Virus record (IMG/VR): IMGVR_UViG_3300046832_001626
Source: an uncultured virus (IMG/VR IMGVR_UViG_3300046832_001626)
Taxonomy: Duplodnaviria; Heunggongvirae; Uroviricota; Caudoviricetes
Length of the DNA stretch: 64,000 nt
Direction: 5' to 3' (one strand)
Shown: in pieces, positions 55,732-64,000 of the stretch
Layout: every line of letters starts with the position of its first letter
Position numbering within the stretch: position 1 is the stretch's first letter
Made by a program: the position numbers and the translations under genes
Notes under the pieces: generated by a model
The model's database searches: none
Told to the model about the DNA's origin: nothing
What the model saw: only the letters and a program-made list of their open reading frames with translations

Positions 55732-56607
55732 ATGGCAGTCAGTGTTTATTTTAACAATCAAGGCGCAACTCGTGAGCAGATTCTCATCGAGGACATGATC
55801 ATTGAATCTATCAAAAATCATGGAATCGATGTTTACTATTTGCCACGAGAATCTCACTCAGAACTAGATCGTTTGTTTGGTGATGATCCAGTAAAGAAAT
55901 ATACAAAAGCATTTAAGATTGACATGTATCTTGAGTCGTTTCAAGACTTCGAAGGCAATCAGGAATTCTTCTCGAAGTTTGGTTTGCAAATTCAGAAAGA
56001 AGCGCGTGTTGCAGTTGCCCGCAGAACATTTGAGAGATATGTTCCATCAATTTTGCGCAATGTTCCAAAAGAAGGTGATTTGATTTTCATGCCTGTGCAA
56101 CAAAAACTTCTTGAGATTCGATTCGTCGAAGAAGAAAAGAACTTCTTCCAGGCTGGTAAATTCGCGCCATACATGTACGGATTAAATCTAGAAGTCTTCA
56201 AATACAATGGTGAGATTATTGACACTGGCGTTCCAGAGGTTGATGCGGTCGCTGATTTGAGTGCATATGGAATTGAGTTCACATTGAACGCTGGCGGTAG
56301 CGGAACATATGACACGCATGAAATTGTCTATCAAGGCGCAACACTAGCAGCTGCTACAGCTAAAGGATATGTTTCAAGTTGGGATCTTCCAAATAGAAAA
56401 CTTATCATTCGAAACATCAAAGGATCTTTTGCTGCGAATACAGTCATTAAAGGATCTGAAAGTAGTGCTCAATGGACGGTGACTAGCAGCGATCCACAAG
56501 ATAACGCTACGGATGATTTCGAAGAGAATGTATTGCTTGAAAACGAAGCAGACAATATCCTTGATTGGACTGAAACCAATCCATTTGGTACATCTGACGA
56601 GAACTAA
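55732..56607 (+). CDS. gp14: Neck protein
   Basis: 'EQILIEDMIIESIKNHGIDVYYLPRE', 'FFSKFGL', 'PKEGDLI', 'ETNPFG'. Confidence 0.95.
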   Translation: MAVSVYFNNQGATREQILIEDMIIESIKNHGIDVYYLPRESHSELDRLFGDDPVKKYTKAFKIDMYLESFQDFEGNQEFFSKFGLQIQKEARVAVARRTFERYVPSILRNVPKEGDLIFMPVQQKLLEIRFVEEEKNFFQAGKFAPYMYGLNLEVFKYNGEIIDTGVPEVDAVADLSAYGIEFTLNAGGSGTYDTHEIVYQGATLAAATAKGYVSSWDLPNRKLIIRNIKGSFAANTVIKGSESSAQWTVTSSDPQDNATDDFEENVLLENEADNILDWTETNPFGTSDEN

Positions 56608-56609
56608 TC

Positions 56610-57611
56610 ATGTTATCAGGTCAACACTTTTATCATAGAATTACTCGTAAGATGGTCGTGGCTTTTGGCACGATGTTCAATAACATCAAATTGTATCGCT
56701 ACAACCTTGCAGGTACACAAGAAATCGAACGAGTTATCGTTCCATTAAACTACATCACAAAAGAAAAATTCTATCAACGTATTACACAAGACCCTAACTT
56801 GGATCGTCGTGTGCAGTTGACATTACCAAGAATGTCTTTTGAGATGACAAGTATCGCATATGATACATCGCGTAAAATTTCTCCATTTATGAATCAATAT
56901 GGTGCACTGAATGATTCTGCGGTGAAGGCAGTCACGCTCGCACCATATAATTTTAGTTTTCAGTTGTACATTTATGTTCGTAATACTGAAGACGGCACAC
57001 AAATCATTGAGCAAATTTTACCATACTTCAATCCTGATTACACAATGACATTAGATCTAGTTGGTGTTGGTAATCCAGTTGATGTACCATTGATTCTGCA
57101 AAGCATTGACTATAATGCTGGTGGATCAGACGGTCCACCACAAGAGCTCCGCATGCTACAGTGGAATCTTGGATTCACAATGCGTGGATATCTCTACGGT
57201 CCACAAAGTAACGTTAAAATTATTCGCAAATCAACAGCAAATACATATGCATATAATACTGGTGGCAACGAAGCGAAGAGTTTTGCGTTGTCAACAGGTG
57301 AAGGTGAATTTAAAATTGGCGAGCTTGTATATCAAGGTAGAAATATTAATGGCGCAACAGCAACTGGATTCATCTCTTCATGGAGCAACACTTCAAATAC
57401 TCTAGTTGTTTCAGATTTGTCTGGATCATTTGAAGTTGGTAAATTTATCACAGGTGCTGTTTCAAATGCATCTTATAATCTATCAACATACAGATCAGCA
57501 ACAGATTACCAGTTAAATAATATCACTGTTATTCCAGACCCATTGTCTGCAAACGTTGGAGATGCGTTTGGATTCGATGTGTCAATTGAAACGGCACCAA
57601 ACATTACATAA
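56610..57611 (+). CDS. gp15: Tail sheath stabiliser
   Basis: 'FYHRITRKMVVAFGTMFNNI', 'LPRMSFE', 'QIIEQILPYFNP'. Confidence 0.95.
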   Translation: MLSGQHFYHRITRKMVVAFGTMFNNIKLYRYNLAGTQEIERVIVPLNYITKEKFYQRITQDPNLDRRVQLTLPRMSFEMTSIAYDTSRKISPFMNQYGALNDSAVKAVTLAPYNFSFQLYIYVRNTEDGTQIIEQILPYFNPDYTMTLDLVGVGNPVDVPLILQSIDYNAGGSDGPPQELRMLQWNLGFTMRGYLYGPQSNVKIIRKSTANTYAYNTGGNEAKSFALSTGEGEFKIGELVYQGRNINGATATGFISSWSNTSNTLVVSDLSGSFEVGKFITGAVSNASYNLSTYRSATDYQLNNITVIPDPLSANVGDAFGFDVSIETAPNIT

Positions 57612-57614
57612 TTT

Positions 57615-58025
57615 ATGAGCGAAACAGATAAAAATTTAGCAGAAATTTTAAACACTGATTATGTTCCTGCGGTAAAAGAGGAAAACAGAAGTGTTACTAT
57701 TCATGAGCCAGATGGATCAGCTGTTAATCCTGACGCTAACTATTCTCGTGCTAATTATTATAACCTTATCGAAAAAGGTAACGAAGCTCTGGACGGCATT
57801 CTTGAAGTTGCGAAAGAATCGCAACACCCAAGAGCGTATGAAGTAGCAGCAAACATGATTAAGAATCTCTCTGATGTCACAGAGAAACTTATGATTCTCC
57901 AAAAACAGCAATTAGAACTTCAACCAAAAGAAGTTGCCCCAACAAATATTACTGTAGACAAAGCAGTATTTGTTGGCTCTACTGCTGATTTGTTAAAGAA
58001 AATAAAGAATGAATCTTCAGACTAG
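57615..58025 (+). CDS. gp16: Terminase small subunit
   Basis: 'YSRANYYNLIEKG.EA', 'ESQHPRAYEV', 'AVFVGSTADL'. Confidence 0.95.
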   Translation: MSETDKNLAEILNTDYVPAVKEENRSVTIHEPDGSAVNPDANYSRANYYNLIEKGNEALDGILEVAKESQHPRAYEVAANMIKNLSDVTEKLMILQKQQLELQPKEVAPTNITVDKAVFVGSTADLLKKIKNESSD

Positions 58026-59658
58026 AATCAAAAACTATCTTGGCAATCCGCATTTAAAGAAAATTAATATGCCATTGCAACTCACGGAAGATGAAGTCCG
58101 TGAGTATGTAAAGTGTGCAGAAGATCCAATTTATTTTATTGAGCGATATGTAAAGATCATCACACTTGATAAGGGTTTTATCAACATCTCGCTTTATCCA
58201 TTTCAGAAACAAGCCATTGAAGACATTAATCAAAACCGTCGTGTGATTCTAAAAGCTGGTCGTCAGCTTGGTAAGACGACGATGATTGTTGGTTATATTC
58301 TCTGGTATATTCTTTTCAATCAAGATAAATTCGTCGCAATTCTTGCCAACAAAGCACCAACTGCACGCGAAATTTTGAGTCGTATTAAAATTGCTTATGA
58401 AGCATTGCCACTCTGGATCCAACAAGGTGTTAAGACTTGGAATAAAGGCGACATTGAATTAGAGAATAACTGCCGTGTAATGGCTACGTCTACGGCATCC
58501 AGTGCAATTCGTGGCTTCTCTATCTCGTTACTATACCTCGACGAATTTGCATTCGTCCCGAGTAACATCGCAGAAGAATTCTTCACTTCCGTTTATCCTA
58601 CGATTTCTTCTGGTACATCATCTAAGATTTTAATTTCTTCTACCCCAAATGGTATGAATCACTTTTATAAGATGTGGACCGAAGCCGTTGAAAATCAAAA
58701 CGGATTCTTACATATTGAAGCCAACTGGAGACAGGTTCCAGAGCGCGATCAGAAATGGGCAGACGAGCAGCGAGCTGTTCTTGGAGAACAAAAGTATTTC
58801 CAGGAAGTTGAATGTGAATTCATGGGTTCGTCGGGAACTCTTATTTCAGCCAGCGGTCTAAAGTCTCTCGCCTTTGTGACTCCTCTAAACAAAACTGAAA
58901 GCGGAATCTCAATCTATCACCAACCCATCCCTGGAAAGAGTTATATGCTCGTCGCAGATACGAGTCGTGGAAAGGGTCTGGACTACTCGGCGTTCGTGGT
59001 TTTAGACATTTCTGAGATTCCATATAAAGTCGTCGCGACTTACAAGAATAACGATATAAGTCCACTCGTTTATCCTAGTATGATTAAAAAGATTGGTGAA
59101 TACTATAACAGCGCATATGCGCTCGTCGAAATTAATGATAATGGTCAGCAAGTTGTAGATTCTCTCTTTGATGATTATGAGTACGAGAATATCCTTTCCA
59201 GTGTCGAAATGAAGAGTAAGATGGCTCTAACTTGGGGATATGGTAATAAATCAAATCGTGGAATTCGAACCACGAAGTCGGTAAAGCGTCTAGGATGCTC
59301 CGTTCTAAAGAATCTGATTGAATCTCAACAGATGATTATACAAGACTTTGAGATTATATCCGAACTTTCGACCTTTGTTACAAATGGAACCAGTTTCGAA
59401 GCTGCAAGCGGAAGCCACGATGACCTCGTTATGTGTTTAGTCTTATTCTCTTGGTGTACCAGTCAAAACTTCTTCTCAGAGTTGAGCGATACAAACGTTA
59501 AAAAGAAACTTCACGAACAACAAATGCAACAAATTGAAGATGAAATGCTCCCTTTACCAATTGCATCTATTGGGGGAGATGAGCGATCCAACTCTTTTGT
59601 ACAAGACGGAGCTGTGTGGAACATCGTTCAAGACAGTAAATGGGGGACCTATAAATAA
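58009..59658 (+). CDS. gp17: Terminase large subunit
   Basis: 'YLGNPHLK', 'GRQLGKTT', 'LYLDEFAFV', 'ADTSRGKGLDYSAF', 'HDDLVM'. Confidence 0.97.
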   Translation: MNLQTRIKNYLGNPHLKKINMPLQLTEDEVREYVKCAEDPIYFIERYVKIITLDKGFINISLYPFQKQAIEDINQNRRVILKAGRQLGKTTMIVGYILWYILFNQDKFVAILANKAPTAREILSRIKIAYEALPLWIQQGVKTWNKGDIELENNCRVMATSTASSAIRGFSISLLYLDEFAFVPSNIAEEFFTSVYPTISSGTSSKILISSTPNGMNHFYKMWTEAVENQNGFLHIEANWRQVPERDQKWADEQRAVLGEQKYFQEVECEFMGSSGTLISASGLKSLAFVTPLNKTESGISIYHQPIPGKSYMLVADTSRGKGLDYSAFVVLDISEIPYKVVATYKNNDISPLVYPSMIKKIGEYYNSAYALVEINDNGQQVVDSLFDDYEYENILSSVEMKSKMALTWGYGNKSNRGIRTTKSVKRLGCSVLKNLIESQQMIIQDFEIISELSTFVTNGTSFEAASGSHDDLVMCLVLFSWCTSQNFFSELSDTNVKKKLHEQQMQQIEDEMLPLPIASIGGDERSNSFVQDGAVWNIVQDSKWGTYK

Positions 59659-59688
59659 AAAACCTTAAAAACCCGAATTTACTAAATA
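59650..59688 (+). promoter_or_regulatory. Late promoters upstream of gp18
   Basis: TATAAATA at 59650-59657 and variant ACTAAATA at 59681-59688. Confidence 0.7.
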
Positions 59689-59731
59689 ATTTCGTAGATT
59701 TTCTTAATTCTCCATTCATAGGAGCATAAAC

Positions 59732-61441
59732 ATGGCGTTTCAATTATCTCCTGGTGTTGTTACTTCTGAGATTGACTTAACAACTGCCGTTCCATCAACA
59801 GGAACAACTACTGGTGCATTTGCTGGAACATTTCAGTGGGGTCCAGCTGAATTTGCGACACAAATCGAAAATGAAGTTCGACTAGTAGAAGTTTTTGGCA
59901 AACCAGACAATAACACAGCAGTATCATTCTTCACCTGCGCAAACTTTCTAAACTACGGAAACGACCTTCGCGTCGTTCGCGCAGTGAACGGTTCAAACAC
60001 GAGAACGGCAACAACATCAGGAAATACTACATTCTTAATCAAGAATGAAGATGAATACTTCACAAACTATTACAGTTCAAACACTGCAAACGCAGGTGCA
60101 TGGGTAGCAAGATATGCTGGCGCACTTGGCAACTCACTCAAAGTCAGTGTTTGGGCAAATACAAATCAAACGCACTTTGATGCATGGGCATACAAGAGTT
60201 ACTTTGATAGTGTTCCAGGAACTTCTGCTTTCGTTTCTAGCGTTGGTGGTGCTAATGATGAAATGCACATCATTGTCGTAGACGAAGATGGTCTCTTCAC
60301 AGGCACATCAGGAACAGTTCTTGAAACATTCCCATTCTTGTCAAAGGCTTCTGACGCAAAAGATAGCGTTGGCAATTCAAACTTTTACAAGGATGTGCTC
60401 TGGAGAAAATCAAAATATATCTATTGGACAGATCACCCAGATGCTGTTAACACGGCAATAACATGGGGTACAACTTCTGCAGGTAAGACATTTGCTCAAC
60501 TAGTTAATGTCTCTGCTGTTCATACCACATCACTCAGTGGTGGTGCAGACGGTGTTGTATTGGCTGGTAATGTTCAAACAGGTTATGGCAAGTTCATTGA
60601 TGGTGATCTAATTGATGTATCACTTATCATGACTGGCGACGCCGAACCAGCAACTGCACTTTATGCAATCAACAGCGTAGCTGAAGTTCGCAAGGACTGC
60701 GTGGTATTCGTATCGCCGACTCTTGCAAATGTAACTTCTGCAACACCATCTGATTCTGTCGTAAATTATCGTAAGAATGCATTGTCAAATGTGTCTTCTT
60801 CATACGCTGTGATGGATAGCGGCTGGAAGTATCAATATGACAAGTACAACGACAAGTATCGTTGGATGCCACTCAACGGCGACGTTGCTGGTCTTTGTGT
60901 TCGCACAGACCTTGAAAGAGATGCATGGTATTCACCAGCTGGCTCTTCACGTGGTCAGATCAAGAACGTTATCAAACTTGCATACTATCCTGCAAAAGCA
61001 GACAGAGATACACTCTACAAGAACGGTATCAATCCTGTCGTGTCATTTGCTGGTGAGGGTACTATCCTATTTGGCGACAAGACAATGCTATCAAAGCCAA
61101 GTGCATTTGACCGCATCAATGTTCGTCGCTTGTTTATCACGCTCGAAAAAGCGATCGCTCGTGCTGCCAAGGCACAACTCTTCGAATTCAATGATGAATT
61201 TACAAGATCGCAATTCGTGTCAATTGTTGAACCATTTTTGAGAACGGTGAAGGGTCGTCGTGGAATCACAGACTTCAAGGTCGTATGTAATGCGACAAAC
61301 AACACGTCAGATGTAATTGATCGCAATGAGTTTGTCGGTGACATTTATGTCAAGCCAAACCGCAGCATCAACTTCATCCAGCTAAACTTTGTTGCAGTTC
61401 GTACTGGTGTATCATTTGATGAAGTCGTCGGAAGATTCTAA
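59732..61441 (+). CDS. gp18: Tail sheath protein
   Basis: 'MAFQLSPGV', 'WYSPAG..RG', 'SAFDRINVRRLF', 'FEFNDEFTR', 'INFIQLNFVA'. Confidence 0.97.
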   Translation: MAFQLSPGVVTSEIDLTTAVPSTGTTTGAFAGTFQWGPAEFATQIENEVRLVEVFGKPDNNTAVSFFTCANFLNYGNDLRVVRAVNGSNTRTATTSGNTTFLIKNEDEYFTNYYSSNTANAGAWVARYAGALGNSLKVSVWANTNQTHFDAWAYKSYFDSVPGTSAFVSSVGGANDEMHIIVVDEDGLFTGTSGTVLETFPFLSKASDAKDSVGNSNFYKDVLWRKSKYIYWTDHPDAVNTAITWGTTSAGKTFAQLVNVSAVHTTSLSGGADGVVLAGNVQTGYGKFIDGDLIDVSLIMTGDAEPATALYAINSVAEVRKDCVVFVSPTLANVTSATPSDSVVNYRKNALSNVSSSYAVMDSGWKYQYDKYNDKYRWMPLNGDVAGLCVRTDLERDAWYSPAGSSRGQIKNVIKLAYYPAKADRDTLYKNGINPVVSFAGEGTILFGDKTMLSKPSAFDRINVRRLFITLEKAIARAAKAQLFEFNDEFTRSQFVSIVEPFLRTVKGRRGITDFKVVCNATNNTSDVIDRNEFVGDIYVKPNRSINFIQLNFVAVRTGVSFDEVVGRF

Positions 61442-61468
61442 TAAATAATCTAAAGTCAGGAGAACGCA

Positions 61469-61981
61469 ATGCCTTTCAATATTACAGACTTTAAAGGAAA
61501 TTTTTCATTCGACGGCGCACGCCCTAATCTGTTTGAAGTTAACATTCCAGTGTTTGATCAAAAACTAACTTTTACAGCAAAAACAGCACAATTACCAGGT
61601 TCGACAATTGCAACAATTGAAGTTCCTTACTTTGGTAGAACAGTAAAAGTTGCTGGTAATAGAGTCTTCCCAGAGTGGACAATCACTGTCCTTAACGACG
61701 AAGATTTCGTTATCAGAAATCAATTGGAAGAATGGATGGGGAGAATGAACGGTCACGAAGGAAATCTTGCCGAATCATTCTATGCTGAATATGCATTTGA
61801 TGCAGAGGTCTATCAATACGGCAAACAAGGAAATATCATTAAGTCTTATACATTTATTGATATGTTCCCAACAGATATTTCACCTATTGATGTCAGCTGG
61901 GATGCAAATGATACAATCGAAGAATATGCTGTAACATTCTCATATCAATACTGGACTTCGCCAGACGCGCTAACTCTATAA
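61469..61981 (+). CDS. gp19: Tail tube protein
   Basis: 'GARPNLFEV', 'GRTVKVAGNRVFPEWTITVLNDEDF', 'IEEYAVTFSYQYW'. Confidence 0.95.
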   Translation: MPFNITDFKGNFSFDGARPNLFEVNIPVFDQKLTFTAKTAQLPGSTIATIEVPYFGRTVKVAGNRVFPEWTITVLNDEDFVIRNQLEEWMGRMNGHEGNLAESFYAEYAFDAEVYQYGKQGNIIKSYTFIDMFPTDISPIDVSWDANDTIEEYAVTFSYQYWTSPDALTL

Positions 61982-61993
61982 TAAGAGTTCAGA

Positions 61994-62284
61994 ATGAGCA
62001 GCATCACTAATTTCATTCGCAAAATCAATAATATCACAAGTGCAGTTCGCTCAGTAACAGGAACTGTACGTGCTGTTAAAGATCTTAGAAATCAGTTTCG
62101 TGGTAGAACACCATCAAGTGCATCGCGATCAACGCCGCAGATTCCTGGCACCACTCAGCCATCGTATCAATTTAAACCAATTGGACTTTCGCAAGTAAAT
62201 TCCAGGAGTTCTGGTAGAAATGTGAATCCTAGACCTGTGAGACCTACTTCTGCGAAGCCTAAACCAGAACCAAAAATTCGATAA
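61994..62284 (+). CDS. Small basic hypothetical protein inserted between gp19 and gp20
   Basis: 96 aa ORF filling the gap; amphipathic N-terminus and Arg/Pro-rich tail. Confidence 0.55.
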   Translation: MSSITNFIRKINNITSAVRSVTGTVRAVKDLRNQFRGRTPSSASRSTPQIPGTTQPSYQFKPIGLSQVNSRSSGRNVNPRPVRPTSAKPKPEPKIR

Positions 62285-62324
62285 ATTTGTTATTCAATTT
62301 GATTTTGTTATAATGGAGTAAAAT

Positions 62325-63983
62325 ATGGCAGGTATTAATTTATTTGGCTTTGAACTTGTACGCAAAAAGCCAGAAACAGATATCCAACCGCAAATCACGC
62401 CGCCAGTCAGTGATGATGGAGCGATGGAAATTGGCACTGGTGGATATTTTGGAACATATCTAGACCTTGAAGCCAGTTTTAAAAACGAAGCAGATCTGAT
62501 CTCTCGTTATCGCGAAATGGCATTGCAACCAGAACTTGAATCCGCAGTCGACGAAATCATCAATGAGTCAATTGTGCACGATGAGTCTGGTAAATCAGTA
62601 TCAATTATTCTTGATGATTTAGATCAGCCAGATGAAATCAAAGACGCAATTCGCGAAGAATTTAAAAACGTTATTAAACTTCTAAATTTTTCCAACGATG
62701 GTTCTGGTCTTTTCAGAGACTGGTATATTGACGGAAGATTATTTTTTCAAGTTTTAGTTGATAGAACACAACCACAACTTGGTATTCAAGAGCTCGTATA
62801 TATTGATCCTCGAAAGATCAAAAAAGTTCGCACTGTAAATAAGAAAAAAGATCCACGTACTGGCGCTGAAGTTGTCGCTGGTATGCAAGAGTTTTATTTG
62901 TTTAATGACAAATCATCCACACAAGGCAATCAGACAGTCAGCAACATTGGCGACGGTGCAATCAAGATTGCAGTTGATGCAATCGTCAATGTGAATTCTG
63001 GTTTGTTAGATCCAAAACGTCAGATGGTTTTGGGTTATCTGCACAAAGCCATCAAGCCATTAAACCAATTACGCATGGTTGAAGATGCTGTTGTAATCTA
63101 CCGTCTATCGCGTGCCCCAGAACGTCGCGTGTTCTATATTGACGTTGGTAACATGCCACGTATCAAGGCAGATCAATATCTCCGTGACTTCATGACAAAG
63201 TTCCGCAACAAGGTTGTCTATGACTCAACAACTGGTGAAGTTAAAGACGATCGTAAGTTCATGTCAATCATGGAAGACTTCTGGATTCCACGTCGCGGTG
63301 AAGGTAAGTCAACAGAAATCACGACGCTCCCACCAGGACAAAATCTTGGTGAGATGGCTGACGTTAAGTATTTTGAGCAGAAACTTTATAAGTCATTGAA
63401 TATTCCAATCACTCGTTTGGAGCCAGGACAAGGCTTCATGCTTGGTCGTTCACAAGAAATTACACGTGATGAAGTGAAATTCAATAAATTTATTGAAAAA
63501 CTCCGTTCCAAATTTACAGTTCTATTCGATGAACTTATGGAACGTCAGCTTGCTCTCAAGGGTATTGCTTCTGTCGACGAATGGAAGGAACTCCGCGAGA
63601 AGATTCACTATGACTTCCTCAAGGATAATAACTTCTCTGAGTTAAGAGATGCAGATCTAACAGCTGCTAGAATGCAACTTCTTATGCAGGTCGAACAGTT
63701 TACAGGAAGATATTTCTCAAAAGCATGGGTTCAGAAGAATGTTCTTCACTTGGATGAAGAAGAAATTGAACGGATTAAGACTCAAATTGAAGAAGAGCGC
63801 GTTGAAGAACAGCAAGACAATTTACGAAAAGCTGAAGATGAGGCGATTATGAATCAGCAATTAATGCAGATTCAGGCTCAATACGCTCCACAACAACCTG
63901 AAATGGCTGCAGCAACGCCAGAAGAAGCGGCAGCTCTAGAGCAACAAGCTGCAGCAGAACAACAAGCTGCTGCGCAACAATAA
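62325..63983 (+). CDS. gp20: Portal protein
   Basis: 'YLHKAIKPLNQLRMVEDAVVIYRLSRAPERRVFYIDVGN', 'EDFWIPRR', 'EITRDEVKF'. Confidence 0.97.
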   Translation: MAGINLFGFELVRKKPETDIQPQITPPVSDDGAMEIGTGGYFGTYLDLEASFKNEADLISRYREMALQPELESAVDEIINESIVHDESGKSVSIILDDLDQPDEIKDAIREEFKNVIKLLNFSNDGSGLFRDWYIDGRLFFQVLVDRTQPQLGIQELVYIDPRKIKKVRTVNKKKDPRTGAEVVAGMQEFYLFNDKSSTQGNQTVSNIGDGAIKIAVDAIVNVNSGLLDPKRQMVLGYLHKAIKPLNQLRMVEDAVVIYRLSRAPERRVFYIDVGNMPRIKADQYLRDFMTKFRNKVVYDSTTGEVKDDRKFMSIMEDFWIPRRGEGKSTEITTLPPGQNLGEMADVKYFEQKLYKSLNIPITRLEPGQGFMLGRSQEITRDEVKFNKFIEKLRSKFTVLFDELMERQLALKGIASVDEWKELREKIHYDFLKDNNFSELRDADLTAARMQLLMQVEQFTGRYFSKAWVQKNVLHLDEEEIERIKTQIEEERVEEQQDNLRKAEDEAIMNQQLMQIQAQYAPQQPEMAAATPEEAAALEQQAAAEQQAAAQQ

Positions 63984-64000
63984 ATATCTAAATATTGGAG

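Noticed and set aside
1..64000. Genome-wide stop-codon reassignment
   Set aside because: Conserved genes are full length under the standard code, and TGA, TAG and TAA all end genes at expected positions. The single suspicious TGA at 914 is local.

Overview
This window is a 64 kb segment of a large T4-like (contractile-tailed) phage genome. It is AT-rich, uses the standard genetic code, and the host is probably proteobacterial (inferred from the AhpC type, IHF/OxyR-like sites, tmRNA and TonB-box motifs). Layout: (1) about 0.9-4.7 kb is an early region with sigma70-type promoters, IHF-consensus sites, small basic proteins, a GIY-YIG-like gene and a DNA methyltransferase-like gene. (2) About 4.7-12.4 kb holds auxiliary genes: pyrimidine-dimer glycosylase-like, HAD, PhoH, 2OG-Fe(II) oxygenase, exonuclease, AhpC behind an OxyR-like box, EF-hand, CDGSH-like mini-protein, a circularly permuted two-piece tmRNA, SleB-like hydrolase and GuaC. 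(3) gp33-gp59-gp32. (4) A minus-strand operon gp4-gp2-gp54-gp26/gp51-gp29-like. (5) Baseplate genes gp48-gp53-hub-gp5-gp25-gp6-gp7-gp8 and large virion proteins. (6) Collagen and polyglycine fibres, including an adhesin-like protein with a C-terminal Hint domain. (7) A hydroxylase/sulfotransferase/glycosyltransferase cluster. (8) gp13-gp20. The most striking observation is ten tandem TonB-box-like motifs (L[ED]EVVV[TS]G[TS]R) appended to three tail-tube-tip or lumen proteins (gp48, gp54, gp29-like), alongside a gp5 spike whose two cell-wall-enzyme domains both appear catalytically dead. This suggests a TonB-powered entry mechanism (inference). All family assignments come from motif recognition by eye; no database search was run.
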